The notes beneath the pieces are model-generated. The model did no database searches. It had not been told where the DNA came from and saw nothing but the letters and a program-made list of their open reading frames with translations. Shown piece by piece: positions 39,301-45,586 of a stretch of 64,000 bases of DNA. Source of the stretch: an uncultured Clostridia bacterium (GTDB lineage: Bacteria > Bacillota > Clostridia > Christensenellales > UBA1242); assembly GCA_944350015.1 (NCBI GenBank), contig CALVNW010000001.1:36761-100760 (forward strand), given 5' to 3'. How positions within the stretch are numbered: the stretch's first letter is position 1; the number at the start of each line of letters is the position of its first letter. A program made the position numbers and the translations under genes.

Positions 39301-42300
39301 TCCAGAGACTAAATTTGTTTGGAAATATGAGTATCGGCAGGATATTATTCTTAAGCGAAAACTTAAGCTTGTATTATATCAAACAAGCCAAAGGAATGTT
39401 TGGGCTTATGCAATGGGATATTTAAAGGAAGGTACGATAAATAATTGTTCGGCTAACAACCCAAATCAAGAGACCATTTATATGAATGGAACAATGCTTG
39501 GGTTAAAAAATGGCAATCCGATAGAACTGCAGTCTTGGGAATGGGAAGATATCTCAGCGAAGATTGATATTACAACTATAAACAATAAAATTTATACAGG
39601 TGGTGCTACTTGGTCAGATTGGCAAGGTTGGTTGATATTTAAATCTTTATATCAGAATCTCTACGCCATTAAAATAAATATTAACACTTACATAGATATC
39701 CCAGAGGTTCAAGATACTGCAAATGGTGATGATGCTAATATCTATGTAAATGCTTATAACAGTTTTGGTTTGCCAAGCAGTTTTGTTGTGCCTATTCAAA
39801 TATCAACGAATATAAAATTTTCAGATCATGAAGCTAAAAGTTATGATGGTATAATTGAAGGTGGGTTGCAAAACGGTAAGCCACCAGATGTCCCTTCATC
39901 AGGTAGTTCTGAGTGGAAATATAAAGCAGAACATAGGGTATCAAATAAAGAATATTCTGCATTTGATTATTCAACTTCATATGATAATTATATCTCAGCC
40001 TATAGTGATAGTTATATTGGAATGGTTGGCGCAACCAGTGTTAGCGGAGGCGGATTGAATGGAGAAGAGATAAAATACAATACAAGAAGTGCCGAAAGTG
40101 CCGATATTACAAATTTAAGTACTACAATAGCAGGGCAGAGTTATTATCAAGCAAACGCCAATAATATTAATGCAATATTTAATGCAGGAACATATCAATA
40201 TGAAGTAGAGGCACCTTTGAATGGCATACCTTATGTTAATAATACTAAATATTATAGTATATCTAACTTAAGATGCTCAGGAGTTTCTAGTTCAGGCATA
40301 TCAGCAAGCGTAACAAAAGTTACAGAAGATAATGTGTATTTTACTGTCTTCAGCAATGAAAAATTGAGCGGGAATATAACTTATTCTATTAATTTTAATT
40401 ATAATACTCAACTTTCATTTAATTTAACAGATTTAAAATATTACTACATTGACAATTATTCGTTCGGAATATTTGTCAACGGAATTAATAGTATTAACGC
40501 AATTCCTGAGTATTCTATTATAGCGCCTAACGGGGAAAAATACAACAATGTAGCTATAGGTTATTGCGTCGGCGATTCAGAAGACTCATCACAAAATATT
40601 CCTGTGCTTAATATAAACGAACTCGGACAAGAAGAATGTGAAGAAAAGTATCTGTTCTTCGCAGTTGAAAATGGAATGCTAGTTTATATTCCTAATGCGG
40701 AACTTTATATAGATGATGAGCTTAGGTACAACGTAAACAAAGAAGAGTTTGAAAATGGCAATTTTGAGGACAACTTTGAAGAAAACTTAAATAAGATTGT
40801 CGAAGAACGTTTTGCAGGTCAAAGTTACGTATTTTCAACAATGTCGAGCGAAGAAAGAGAAAAAGAAATAGGGAAGTATTTTGGCAATGTTTACGGAGAA
40901 GCAAGTGGCAATATCATAATATCGGACAGCAAAGAGGGCACCGTTGATTTAGTTTATGGTATTGATGTAGGTGCTTGGTACAATTCTTCACCAGAAACTT
41001 CAGATAATGTTGTTGCTAGTTATGCTAGTTACATAAATGTAAATGTCTCAAATAAAGCTACGTCAGGGACATCTTATACCGTGCTGTTTAATGGAAAAGA
41101 AGTTGCACAGTACACAGGTAGTGTTTTTAGTTGGGATGGGAAACCGATAGGCGGTTATATAGACGGTTATAGCTATTCCATTAATGTGTCAAACAGTGGA
41201 ATTTCTCTAAAAATGAATGGTATAAACTTAGATTTGGACGGAACTAACAATTTACGCAAAAAAGTTGAAGGCTTGTTTACCGTTCAAGAAGGTTCGGCTT
41301 CAAATTACATCGAGATCAAATCGGATTATGATGAGGTAGTAGAAACCAAAACATTCACATTTAAATTTACTCTAAAAGACTTATCTTCAGACACCATAGT
41401 TTGCAATTTGTCTGACAAAGCATTATTGAGTTATGATAAAGATGGTGGAGGCTGGGGAATATCGAGTAATTTCAAGCAAGTTACAATAAGCGGGCACACC
41501 TTTGATGTAAGCTTAGATGGATATAAACTGACTTTTACTATAACAGATAGCTCAAACGGGAATTACACAAACACTTTAAGGAGTTATATGGGAGATCTTG
41601 AAGCTAGAACAAACGGCTCTAATGGTGTAAAGATAAATGATTCCTTTGCAAACATTGTAGGGGGAGAGGTATCATCAAGTTTTAGTGGTGTGAGCGGAAC
41701 ATTAACTATGAAATACTCGGTTGATAAGTGGTATGAGGTTGATTTAGAGCAGTACTCTTACCTTGAATCTAATAGGACCACTGGAGAGATTAACTTTAAA
41801 GGCGATGACTATGCAAGTTACGGACTCGGAGGTGGTATTACGTTAAATGGAGTTACTGTTTATGTAGGAAAAATTAACGATATTAAATTTGTTCAAAAAT
41901 ATCAAAAGAACATAACAGAGTATAAGATAGTTATTAATGATGGCATAGGAGAATTCGCAAGTATTGCATATGAGTTCAAAATAGGCGACTATATATTCTC
42001 TGAGGGTGTAACAAATGGAGGTTCTACTAGCGGTGCGTTTGAAGCTACAAATGATGATGGCGTCTCTGCAGACAGGATAGGCGAAGGAATAGTGAATTTT
42101 AAAGCTAGTATATGCCCAGCCTATAAGTTACAACCAGATGATACTAAGACAATTAACATTGTTCTTGAGAGAACAAATTCACCTACTACAGACCCCGAAT
42201 ACTTTATTGCTAGTGGCACACTAAATGATGATAATACCAGCATTCAAAGTAATCTTATAAAATACTATACTAAAAATTCAAACATACTCGTTTCATTGCA

Positions 42301-44224
42301 AGTATTTGATGATGGTAGCTTTACTATTTATGATAGCAATGGGAATGCTATATTAATGTATACTAGTAAAAAAATTACATCTGACGAAGGTTCAATAGAT
42401 TCAGGCTATTATGCTTTTTATGATAGCAACGGAGAGCTAAATGAAAATGGTTTAATAAATATAAATTCTAGTTCAAATCCATTAATCTATACATCAACAA
42501 GAGGGCAGTCAATAAGGTTAGCGCAGATGCTACCTTCTGCTAATGGGTATAAACCTTATATTACAGATACCGATATATTGGGCGTTACAAATAATGGTTA
42601 TATATATATAAGAGGTGATTACCCTCTAGTCGACGAATTAAATGGAATAACATCTACGATTACAGCTTATGATTATCAGTGGACAAGTAGCCAAAAATTA
42701 CCAGAGATGGAAGGTACTTCAAGTACTTTGGATATACTGTATTCACAGAAAGATAATTTTGATTTTAGTTTTACTGAAGATGGGGAAGTCGTTTATTTAG
42801 AAGAAGGTAAAAATTATAACTTAACTGAGAATAACGCAGGTTACGCAATTTTTGACTTGCTTTTAAATGATGATGATTCTAGTGTTGGGTATCTCAACGT
42901 TAAGATAACTGGTTCGGGTACGAAGTCTGGTAGCTCAGCTGTAAACGCCAATGTGACAGCCCTTCAAGCACAATCAATAATACTATTTTCTGATATTTCC
43001 TTTAACAACATAGGAGGAGGATTTGTAATAAGCAGTGGAATAGATATTATAGGTAATGACTATTATATCTCTTATTTCGGAACATCTTTGTTTAAGGAAT
43101 TTAGAGGTGGAGGGTCACTTATAAAAGATGTGAAACTTCTTGCGGAAAGCGGAGAAGATGCTCTAATATTCACGGGAGATAGCTATAATGTTGCACTTAA
43201 TAATATAGAGCTTTATGGCGCAAAGGTAGAGCATACTGGAACAGGCGGTGCAATAATCAATTATACTGCTGGAAGTTTTAATTATAGCGGAACAGCAAAC
43301 ATTATATCCTTCGCTAGTATTAATGGTAAGTTAAACAATATTGGAAGGAAAAATGTAGGAGCTGAAGATGACGATTTGTCCGATACTGTTAATGACTTAA
43401 CTCTCTTTAATTGCGCTTTATCTGTCAATATTACAAACTATGGTTTTATCTCGGCATCTAACGGAAGGGATGGAACTAATGGTCGCAATGCGGGCTCTAC
43501 TGATTACCAATTAGCTGGTGGCGAGGGAAGCGGTGGAGAAAACGGGTTTAACATTATACTTACCGAATCTAATAATGCCTCCACCTCATCAATAACAAAT
43601 AAAGGTATTATGAAAGCTGGAAACGGCGGAAATGGCGGTGCTGGCGGTAGCAGTGGTCGAGGAAAAGATGAGCCTTTTAAAACAGAAAACATCTCTTATG
43701 GTACTACCAGAAGAGAAACCTATAGTGGAGGTACTGTAGGTAAAGCTGGTGACGGAGGCAGTGCTGGTACTATTATGATAAACAGCGAAAGCTTATATAA
43801 AGGAGCGAACAACTTAAAATCTTATAATGGCATTTCAGGCCTTTCAGGGGCAAGGGGAAGATATGGTGTTGGTGGCATAAGAGTTGTAGATAATGAATAT
43901 GTATTTGTGAGAGCACTTTGTGCGAATCGCGCAAACGTTGCGGCGAATTTGCCGTTTAACGAGTATTATGCAGAAAAGGAAAGTTACAACAACCAATTCA
44001 AAAATATCTTGAATGGTGGTTCAGAAAAACCTTGGCGTTTTGATGGTGAAAATGATAAAGCATACAATCTAGCGGATTTATGTGACAAGATTTTAAATTT
44101 ATCGGCAGAAGGCTATGATGATTCAGAAACCAAATACCCAACTGAAGAAGATGGAGCTCGATGGGATGGCTCTAACTATGCTGCCTTATTAGAGGAGGCT
44201 AATCCCACCGAGGGACAAAATTAA
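24389..44224 (+). CDS. Giant surface lipoprotein (about 6,611 aa) with many GLUG-type beta-helix repeats
   Basis: One uninterrupted 19.8-kb ORF. ATG at 24389 follows gaggagg. The lipoprotein signal is MKKFFVGFLSLFCMFGAVLLTAC. The N-terminus is Ig-like and beta-rich. There are dozens of G(F/Y)(V/I)GG(L/I)VG..NG.I..S-type units (e.g. GFVGGLVGVNNGTIIASSV, GTVGGVAGQNNGRIESSRV, AGFVLNNSGSITNSRV, YIGGLVGYVGSGKIEVSYS), typical of the GLUG motif. Confidence 0.9.
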   Translation: MKKFFVGFLSLFCMFGAVLLTACGGNNVELSLSTEFVSIQLVEGSTSEQTVTVTVSGVDDTSIRADARGYEDKIDVRQESVANGRTIIYITGKEETTDGYAEVQVRTLQGNVTKVIYVDVYSQVSSMEQKEEETTKKNNYAIRGDSIELIENNLLTFYPSQNSRRTITWTLAEGTSGATIEGNILTIDSSYNSDLASITLIATTELGVSAEVELPVVDKIEQELALSWSYSRDTQGYELISSDNNTFTIVPNIASDLNYIGYVKLQFNQELDVRGYALLNGSQTSDLVVEADGEDNDGNKIFSIYSNKALDNSSVNLNRDFTVYFEVGYSEFDYSLSTLETNPIHVNVREKVNGIVISNEDADDIKGTTQVLYSEYSNSYGQEYLVQVTPTTVIGATSRYSISLRITNPNIPTGGLANGCPVEFWYQDVNNNNIWTQIPLEYDSAQGIYTTRSNNTVSVSRIFMKASSSLNTQNFEGIEITFRSEDNPEVTNTFYAQLVKSVSYEDFTFEDADFRVDSSASITDVNITKTFVLQGQTSVEGLYIVNNSDNVLISDPAYITSTSDSVTFSITLTLRRESYGITSLDSYQICHRNGLQSELFDIDIFLPLKDATVLYDVSDISDSVTDYKTNNYLYDSEGNVINGSLYGLSSIMIKNGSTTPVLYSFNKSGIYQAQANIDVSYYDFVESDTMDLATFKALISSQAGIMEIINGARANTEKSSDIAYFAPDNNSIITKGVGFTYAVVTFTGKGALEDADANGNVTIIKIILIESYVSPSRMNVTPLSDSQVNLYASDTVATRDEALTKKTITINFANSGITYKDIENFEFVSTVKDSSGNPIMTNKYETENSVSWENGRYSIDKITITDSFIRFDIVTNSNFGSFSFFDELEVHYQLLLDGEDGETEVLDVIWTTINITIRNAQRVTSLNWENNDDDGIYFEIGDRDPYYIVLSSSPTTARNNNVTYLVTDENGTVLDNDSFISVDNEVSSSMVGLSLSDAIVQGTSGYVYLLPEDAVYNQSIIYNYIDTDGTAKQGQISVRALGSIRDNNQTWFDYLTENAFFLSNTSLTGEAETVYFADILIKIKVTVADGTSFEYAYRIYDEAGFNGINPELYYTVMNSLNISSSRLQIPVFNGGLQGYDDSITVNLNGNNFAGEIGQTAEIRNITFSGDVTGQGFIANVNNGTINNVSLDVNQTYSSTVSYQGTGFVGGLVGVNNGTIIASSVLGATISASNGTVGGVAGQNNGRIESSRVEFYNLADKNDAEGTLQNSFVGGVVGGIVGQANDGSVIERTYAYNYNIDTFTTTNATVLLGTTVGAIVGQLVGESTIYYSFAVIDGISNYAGTFGQGPTLGSTSIDSDFYWSYYSNGEYISQFSNQNSANLIASGENFHSYVNNGYRHFRDLYQDEKVTDVTSNQIQTTKDGDLYKSLAVDSTKAILFIYQIEESVGDLSSSEQNDLNELNTINLSQIVGSQGSDNLIITSSDTSIIKIIGNSISMLKSGDVTLTISSKHDVSNQKNIAIKVMPAMSQMIISYTDNSGYTYNIEEGSVTHLQKTKSRDFTFGYEVTGVYLGSQANRYTLAQNNINLTLDITVSGEGNAVSYEKISNSIYKITANKDSVSSQLTFNPVVVTDDSQQAYQDAINSEFSKSFTVNPVDGVISFYYSGESIPLTPSTNGAVRVEVQTTAQGDRENLRPEISYNNDALIRTRIDKLSSGDVTIYRYTLASDYSQDPDNYILSATVTLVDESYNSSTGIYSFIFEVSFSVFTGYRMQIDRDMTFNVSFVSDSESDSLDTTGSLTLTLTKQNFTSVDMTNFKVERSVWELVNGSYTTTHTRGAQVGVVSPGSSSIMQITANPSFAHYDYMELSYSGSTVSSAVNFELLSSIDGKKFVRNTRADVEARANTIRFTPSDTSLEKANGIIYFRVAVNSTVNVDTILQFTASFYESEGNLITSAHYYLTISYLAEPTVTIDGLSTAYLAVGSSVEVVVQVQEDQVVDSLVLDGDTLQGITISSLSEPTIDPVTRIKSYTATLNATVNASVGAPNNSFTVLARVSRTLNGVQEQRTALASVILVDFKLDQSSIKIQDANNGQLQVWAGVSKQFDVEYGLLPETYNYDQNDETSVERVQELLQARADFSIKQYYVSTKTVDGFTSIQYAINYDIANNTPIPLSKRLFYVVDGSEIPVTDAYASTAGARFNFIDNDDGSQDAMIIGARLGESVQFKLETYIALGDGSEPTTYSTYFTVTVEAYSDPDIPLTISSASEFENLNPSGYSEITQNDYILANDIVLENHQAFNTSLIRSLDGNGYTIYIKSFATTTSSSTLNISLFNEVLESTTLKNVRVNIYNGGQLTLDLAQLANNVQINIAGLAITNSGTITNSEVVSFYTQQSAIGTVANVNVPATTRHSNPSGFNIKFIRGSGTTENQYVNPNSTWIPSVAGFVLNNSGSITNSRVGGDSITILGAERLATDAQGNSYNSGYTYASELELGTFYIIGQGDMAGFVLSNTGSIASSFVKQLDMENQSNTTSYDTSGFVNSNSGSVITSYVEGVKNPESYEDNPDYSKYAYEGSSLKSNLGIIAGFVNNNTGNIKDSYSNILISNSSIESRVYLASGFVYENSGTIETCYSASQIQNSRSNQMNFSGITADGEPLAYGNYINCYFFNKLYYGSEDNSDNTTESLYATGAVLIPNPELSTYFYGFAIANGTTDGIWSINEEDGIKLIEPNIRSYSHRYIQYIDEGSDYTGTTAQNDIGEYILPYATLQFTDSSREINTALGSANNPILIADAQDFIEVTGTSTSVNINKYFSDYSIWGTYRLVSDIDLSSISESISLPSVTKAFSGTLYGNGFTISNLSIASERSGVAYGLFASMEKRNASSSSPLISNLILEVDQVMAGDVSMVGSIAGYIKDSIIVSVEIIFNEDATVTGLNFVGGLTGLSFGDSTIKNIVVTNPNVVADRFNIDSNEEYLTASSLVTMRNNISNNLSISTSIGSTLMTQMQRYSYAGSVVGFADHFVSSLRGFNVAQASDYSINNIRVSGIVYVQGQVAGGAIGLTGYQTHVRDAGVDITASMTSNQSHIIATKYFAGGVIGQSFGGLSRIYSQYDSSTQDLIENNYTAIFNGNESAERGATDIFYLENNVYGYSQMYIGGLVGYVGSGKIEVSYSKLNVVSLSASFAGGIVGALDLTEVSTYQAESELLSGNDGVYTKYFINEVYASGDVRAKQDGDPSVMTAGGIIGVSYGLGNSITLLAVNAVNQILNYDYATDSYIEVYDGLNISYTIKTNLILGAVYKDKDSTEQIVLVDDISDDGHYENYFNFIRPSGTMGGSAPEAEGDLPSVAYYEYYGYNGNKTYLNIIGNITGQVGNEDNTLYNNDYVYAISAPSNYSSASVGHQSTQQAFLNSGVWVISNWVHPGDDLLPTIRYQRTSSYIYLDDYTESVEYVFQLMQSANSDYTIVVRGRTSPDIEDSYSDINLEDYRDVVDVDLMIRGFQGSLIGSNEYITTDGEGGRNHRVKIISSQSFIASTGAGFYLNNVVVEYVDNGGIKLTTNTQNTAGLFSMSALNEATIISLDMTVSSPITVTNSPQVSSNELIFGLLAPSIESSSMSNVDIKAEGFSSTDSLVTLDINKNNTNNNTEIITAGIIAGQAMQSSTFSILQLDGINIVTDSNYLTIDGNNKDYSAIYTGGYFGKIERTEEALEVRMNISSITRDSLTTDGNPQLNVVDVGNVTEAYVGGYVGYNNGLNYLGTFQDGNFQTNIDIVISSNSSSVFENLYTGLLFGAIGSSSALDNVNLYNSNFEGGLFLSDTVTIENVYAGGFAGEINSVMSIGNITSINYQVADIDILEDSAVDNLSKDSFDSSSYNAYTVNMDGNAYVGGIVGKINTRFTFTGGSSAFTKINENGEAIRLTGSGNLYVGSVIGYVNSTVANTNDLSVNIYNNIVSNASFVVVQDDNPATVGIGGIIGYISGGDTAGDNDNNSRVAIGSSNASINYIGATFLSAETINFGGIVGNVAFDSPNDIVTLTNTAYGGALKVFGEKSNGGEVVFGGSIGNASGTANVTTGYNLNLVNNYNYGDVFVEYDTNASLKELGSYTFGGLTGMIESSYRLSANNNYSLVSSHNTRYEEGMNSIAGGDVKTITNNALFGSGVTPENSSLLDNYYTYAVSLCHDELGTDIGYTVNYPSDGAGYNGSTTSKSSLGGGTALNMISAFNSSTIQIYVGEGLTEGHKLNPIVINSTETVLDATYKLNGMTYFYFDANATLSTNLTAQVPKAYNDKGEVISTSTVSELENIAIIGNSREISYYLDKTVDNPRAMIETLSGFSYVSGLVVNSDVNIDSIEGDTSNFAGLANSMYDNAMVYAVQIKGTINVGDSSALNVGGIVANMYSGKILDSSTAVDITYRGGRSGNVYGIAGVQNNGSVQNKLIINSYSTGSIDSYISANIYAITDIISYTKLINTYTIAKLNQNDYTISGNPTGVVSIFGLGGNSGIPASAVISNSYYDYNSVNYDVTEEELVGNSNYDLRRLTDTFVGVDGSAPEIFDSMDYDKGTLEFNYGYPTHKYGFMKLSSFATIANEDTNEGTTYDDYVIEREYQRLPNNTSFASYENKDNLYFLITSAGYLARISELNIKYQTIGSAGDDGTDDDGTGDDGTGESGSTGSAYDIRRFVLMYDIDIEQTQYKEGQWISIAFGTKTVTNGNDNVTVQDALIDFDGQEHTIKGLKTSLFDSIQGVDANNRTNIMNLRLTELKLKGGGALAQKIGNTNVSNMTISGFVDTKESTMEVLLLHAFLGGLTNWAYTSTISTITNLIKIDVENSVDDTADAVAVGGIVGLVADTKFNYCSNYGPINVAINEDKKVYRYCVGGLAGATFSGTEINYSYNATSVMAGYATSTSLSTVVGEYYVGGLVGYSDGIDITGSYNSGTIKSGNKSNGATSGTSTKGVSYGGGIIAYASSANITECYNEGTVESLGTSPETKFVWKYEYRQDIILKRKLKLVLYQTSQRNVWAYAMGYLKEGTINNCSANNPNQETIYMNGTMLGLKNGNPIELQSWEWEDISAKIDITTINNKIYTGGATWSDWQGWLIFKSLYQNLYAIKININTYIDIPEVQDTANGDDANIYVNAYNSFGLPSSFVVPIQISTNIKFSDHEAKSYDGIIEGGLQNGKPPDVPSSGSSEWKYKAEHRVSNKEYSAFDYSTSYDNYISAYSDSYIGMVGATSVSGGGLNGEEIKYNTRSAESADITNLSTTIAGQSYYQANANNINAIFNAGTYQYEVEAPLNGIPYVNNTKYYSISNLRCSGVSSSGISASVTKVTEDNVYFTVFSNEKLSGNITYSINFNYNTQLSFNLTDLKYYYIDNYSFGIFVNGINSINAIPEYSIIAPNGEKYNNVAIGYCVGDSEDSSQNIPVLNINELGQEECEEKYLFFAVENGMLVYIPNAELYIDDELRYNVNKEEFENGNFEDNFEENLNKIVEERFAGQSYVFSTMSSEEREKEIGKYFGNVYGEASGNIIISDSKEGTVDLVYGIDVGAWYNSSPETSDNVVASYASYINVNVSNKATSGTSYTVLFNGKEVAQYTGSVFSWDGKPIGGYIDGYSYSINVSNSGISLKMNGINLDLDGTNNLRKKVEGLFTVQEGSASNYIEIKSDYDEVVETKTFTFKFTLKDLSSDTIVCNLSDKALLSYDKDGGGWGISSNFKQVTISGHTFDVSLDGYKLTFTITDSSNGNYTNTLRSYMGDLEARTNGSNGVKINDSFANIVGGEVSSSFSGVSGTLTMKYSVDKWYEVDLEQYSYLESNRTTGEINFKGDDYASYGLGGGITLNGVTVYVGKINDIKFVQKYQKNITEYKIVINDGIGEFASIAYEFKIGDYIFSEGVTNGGSTSGAFEATNDDGVSADRIGEGIVNFKASICPAYKLQPDDTKTINIVLERTNSPTTDPEYFIASGTLNDDNTSIQSNLIKYYTKNSNILVSLQVFDDGSFTIYDSNGNAILMYTSKKITSDEGSIDSGYYAFYDSNGELNENGLININSSSNPLIYTSTRGQSIRLAQMLPSANGYKPYITDTDILGVTNNGYIYIRGDYPLVDELNGITSTITAYDYQWTSSQKLPEMEGTSSTLDILYSQKDNFDFSFTEDGEVVYLEEGKNYNLTENNAGYAIFDLLLNDDDSSVGYLNVKITGSGTKSGSSAVNANVTALQAQSIILFSDISFNNIGGGFVISSGIDIIGNDYYISYFGTSLFKEFRGGGSLIKDVKLLAESGEDALIFTGDSYNVALNNIELYGAKVEHTGTGGAIINYTAGSFNYSGTANIISFASINGKLNNIGRKNVGAEDDDLSDTVNDLTLFNCALSVNITNYGFISASNGRDGTNGRNAGSTDYQLAGGEGSGGENGFNIILTESNNASTSSITNKGIMKAGNGGNGGAGGSSGRGKDEPFKTENISYGTTRRETYSGGTVGKAGDGGSAGTIMINSESLYKGANNLKSYNGISGLSGARGRYGVGGIRVVDNEYVFVRALCANRANVAANLPFNEYYAEKESYNNQFKNILNGGSEKPWRFDGENDKAYNLADLCDKILNLSAEGYDDSETKYPTEEDGARWDGSNYAALLEEANPTEGQN

Positions 44225-44246
44225 TTTATAACAAAAGGAGAAAATT

Positions 44247-45008
44247 ATGAAAGATAGTGATAAAGATGAAAAGGGCAAGTGTATCCACGACGGACATAGA
44301 AAAAGGTTGACTGAAACAGTCAACCGTGTCGGTCTGGATGGTTTAAGTAACATTCAAGTCCTTGAGTATATCCTTTTCTTCATATTTCCGCGAGGGGATG
44401 TAAATCCTCTCGCCCACCGTCTCCTTGACCGCTTTGAGAATGTTCATACCGTGCTTGAAGCTTCTGTTGAAGATTTGATGGAAGTAAAAGGAATTGGTGA
44501 AATGGCAGGGCAAAAAATCCACTCGCTACTTGAAGTTTTCTACTATTACACAGCCGAAAAATTAAATTATCAACCACTCAAAACCCTTGGTGATTTTCTT
44601 GATTATGTTGAGCAACTTTTGCGTTACCGCGCCGAAGAGGAGCTCCACGTTTTTGGTGTCAATATTTCTGGCGAGGTTGAACAGGGTAGATGCCTTGCAA
44701 AGGGCAATAATACACTTGTTGGAGTTAATATGCGTGATATCGCATTGTACGTTTCAACCGCAAAAGTAAAAAAGGCGTATTTAGTGCATAATCATCCAGG
44801 AGGCTCAAGTACACCATCTGAACAAGACAAGATGTCATATGACAGAATGAAAGGCATTTTCACTTTCACAGGGTGCAGACTCGCCGACTCTTTTGTTATA
44901 GGTAAAGATGGTATTTATAGTATGGAGCGCAAATCTATCATTCGCGTATTTAGTGAAGGTTTAGAATATTTGCAATCATTACTCCTAGAAGACTCGCAAG
45001 AAGGGTAA
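44247..45008 (+). CDS. radC: RadC-like JAB-domain protein
   Basis: SD aaaggag, 23 nt after the giant ORF stop. The HhH region is DLMEVKGIGEMAGQKI and the JAMM motif is LVHNHPGGSSTPSEQD. Confidence 0.88.
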   Translation: MKDSDKDEKGKCIHDGHRKRLTETVNRVGLDGLSNIQVLEYILFFIFPRGDVNPLAHRLLDRFENVHTVLEASVEDLMEVKGIGEMAGQKIHSLLEVFYYYTAEKLNYQPLKTLGDFLDYVEQLLRYRAEEELHVFGVNISGEVEQGRCLAKGNNTLVGVNMRDIALYVSTAKVKKAYLVHNHPGGSSTPSEQDKMSYDRMKGIFTFTGCRLADSFVIGKDGIYSMERKSIIRVFSEGLEYLQSLLLEDSQEG

Positions 45009-45321
45009 CAAAAAAGTTGACAACAATAAAAATCCAAAGACGAGAAGGTTTTTCTTCTCGTTTTTTGTTGTCATCTTGCTCAAGTAATTCATTACCAAAA
45101 GGAAGCACGCAAAGGCAGTATACGCCATCATCGTCATATTTTATAGAGATATACTCTTGCCTTTCAAGATAAATCAGTATATTTTCAAGCCCTTCAACAT
45201 CAATCTTGTATTTACTAGGCATTGCAGAAATTATGTCCTTTGACTCTATGATATTATAGGAGCCATAAGGGCATTCTTTTATCAAAATTTTCAAGACAAG
45301 TTTTGACTTTATGTCAAGCAT
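44950..45321 (-). CDS. Membrane-tethered winged-helix-like protein, paralog A (123 aa)
   Basis: The start at ATG 45321 is chosen by alignment to paralog B (MLDIKSKLVLKILIKEC vs MPDSKEKLVLKYLCKVC). Shared segments are ..YISIKYDDDGVYCLCV.. vs ..YIDFVVSDSKNGYFYCVKL... The C-terminal TM helix is LWIFIVVNFFVTLLASLLGVMIANIL. Its 3' end overlaps radC by 59 nt. Confidence 0.6.
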   Translation of the reverse strand: MLDIKSKLVLKILIKECPYGSYNIIESKDIISAMPSKYKIDVEGLENILIYLERQEYISIKYDDDGVYCLCVLPFGNELLEQDDNKKREEKPSRLWIFIVVNFFVTLLASLLGVMIANILNLH

Positions 45322-45558
45322 ATAGATAGTTTTTGCAATAAGCAAATATTTATGCCTTTTAATCATCCACATTGTCAGTTTTTGCGGAGAGATACAGGGT
45401 AGTAGCACCAAACTTAGGTCGGACCATTGTCGTTTATTGTATCTATATTTTTACTATTATTTGGTCCGCCCAAGCATTAAAATATCCCTCTTTTTTGGGA
45501 CACAGATAGCATCCCCGCATTTTTTGTGATAGAAATTAAACGAAGTATGTCAATTTGC

Positions 45559-45586
45559 TTGACAAAAAATGCGGGGGGGGTAAAAT
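45559..45586 (+). promoter_or_regulatory. Promoter with a G8 homopolymer in the spacer
   Basis: TTGACA (45559-45564), a 16-nt spacer aaaaatgcgggggggg (G8 at 45573-45580), then TAAAAT (45581-45586), 52 nt upstream of ATG 45638. Confidence 0.6.

Noticed and set aside
24482-43692. About 20 minus-strand ORFs of 60-95 aa, and a few plus-strand out-of-frame ORFs, inside the giant gene. An example is 43504..43692, which encodes a proline-rich peptide.
   Set aside because: All are fully nested in the 19.8-kb ORF, lack SDs, and have compositions that simply mirror the sense strand (antisense of Gly-rich gives Pro-rich). They are chance ORFs.
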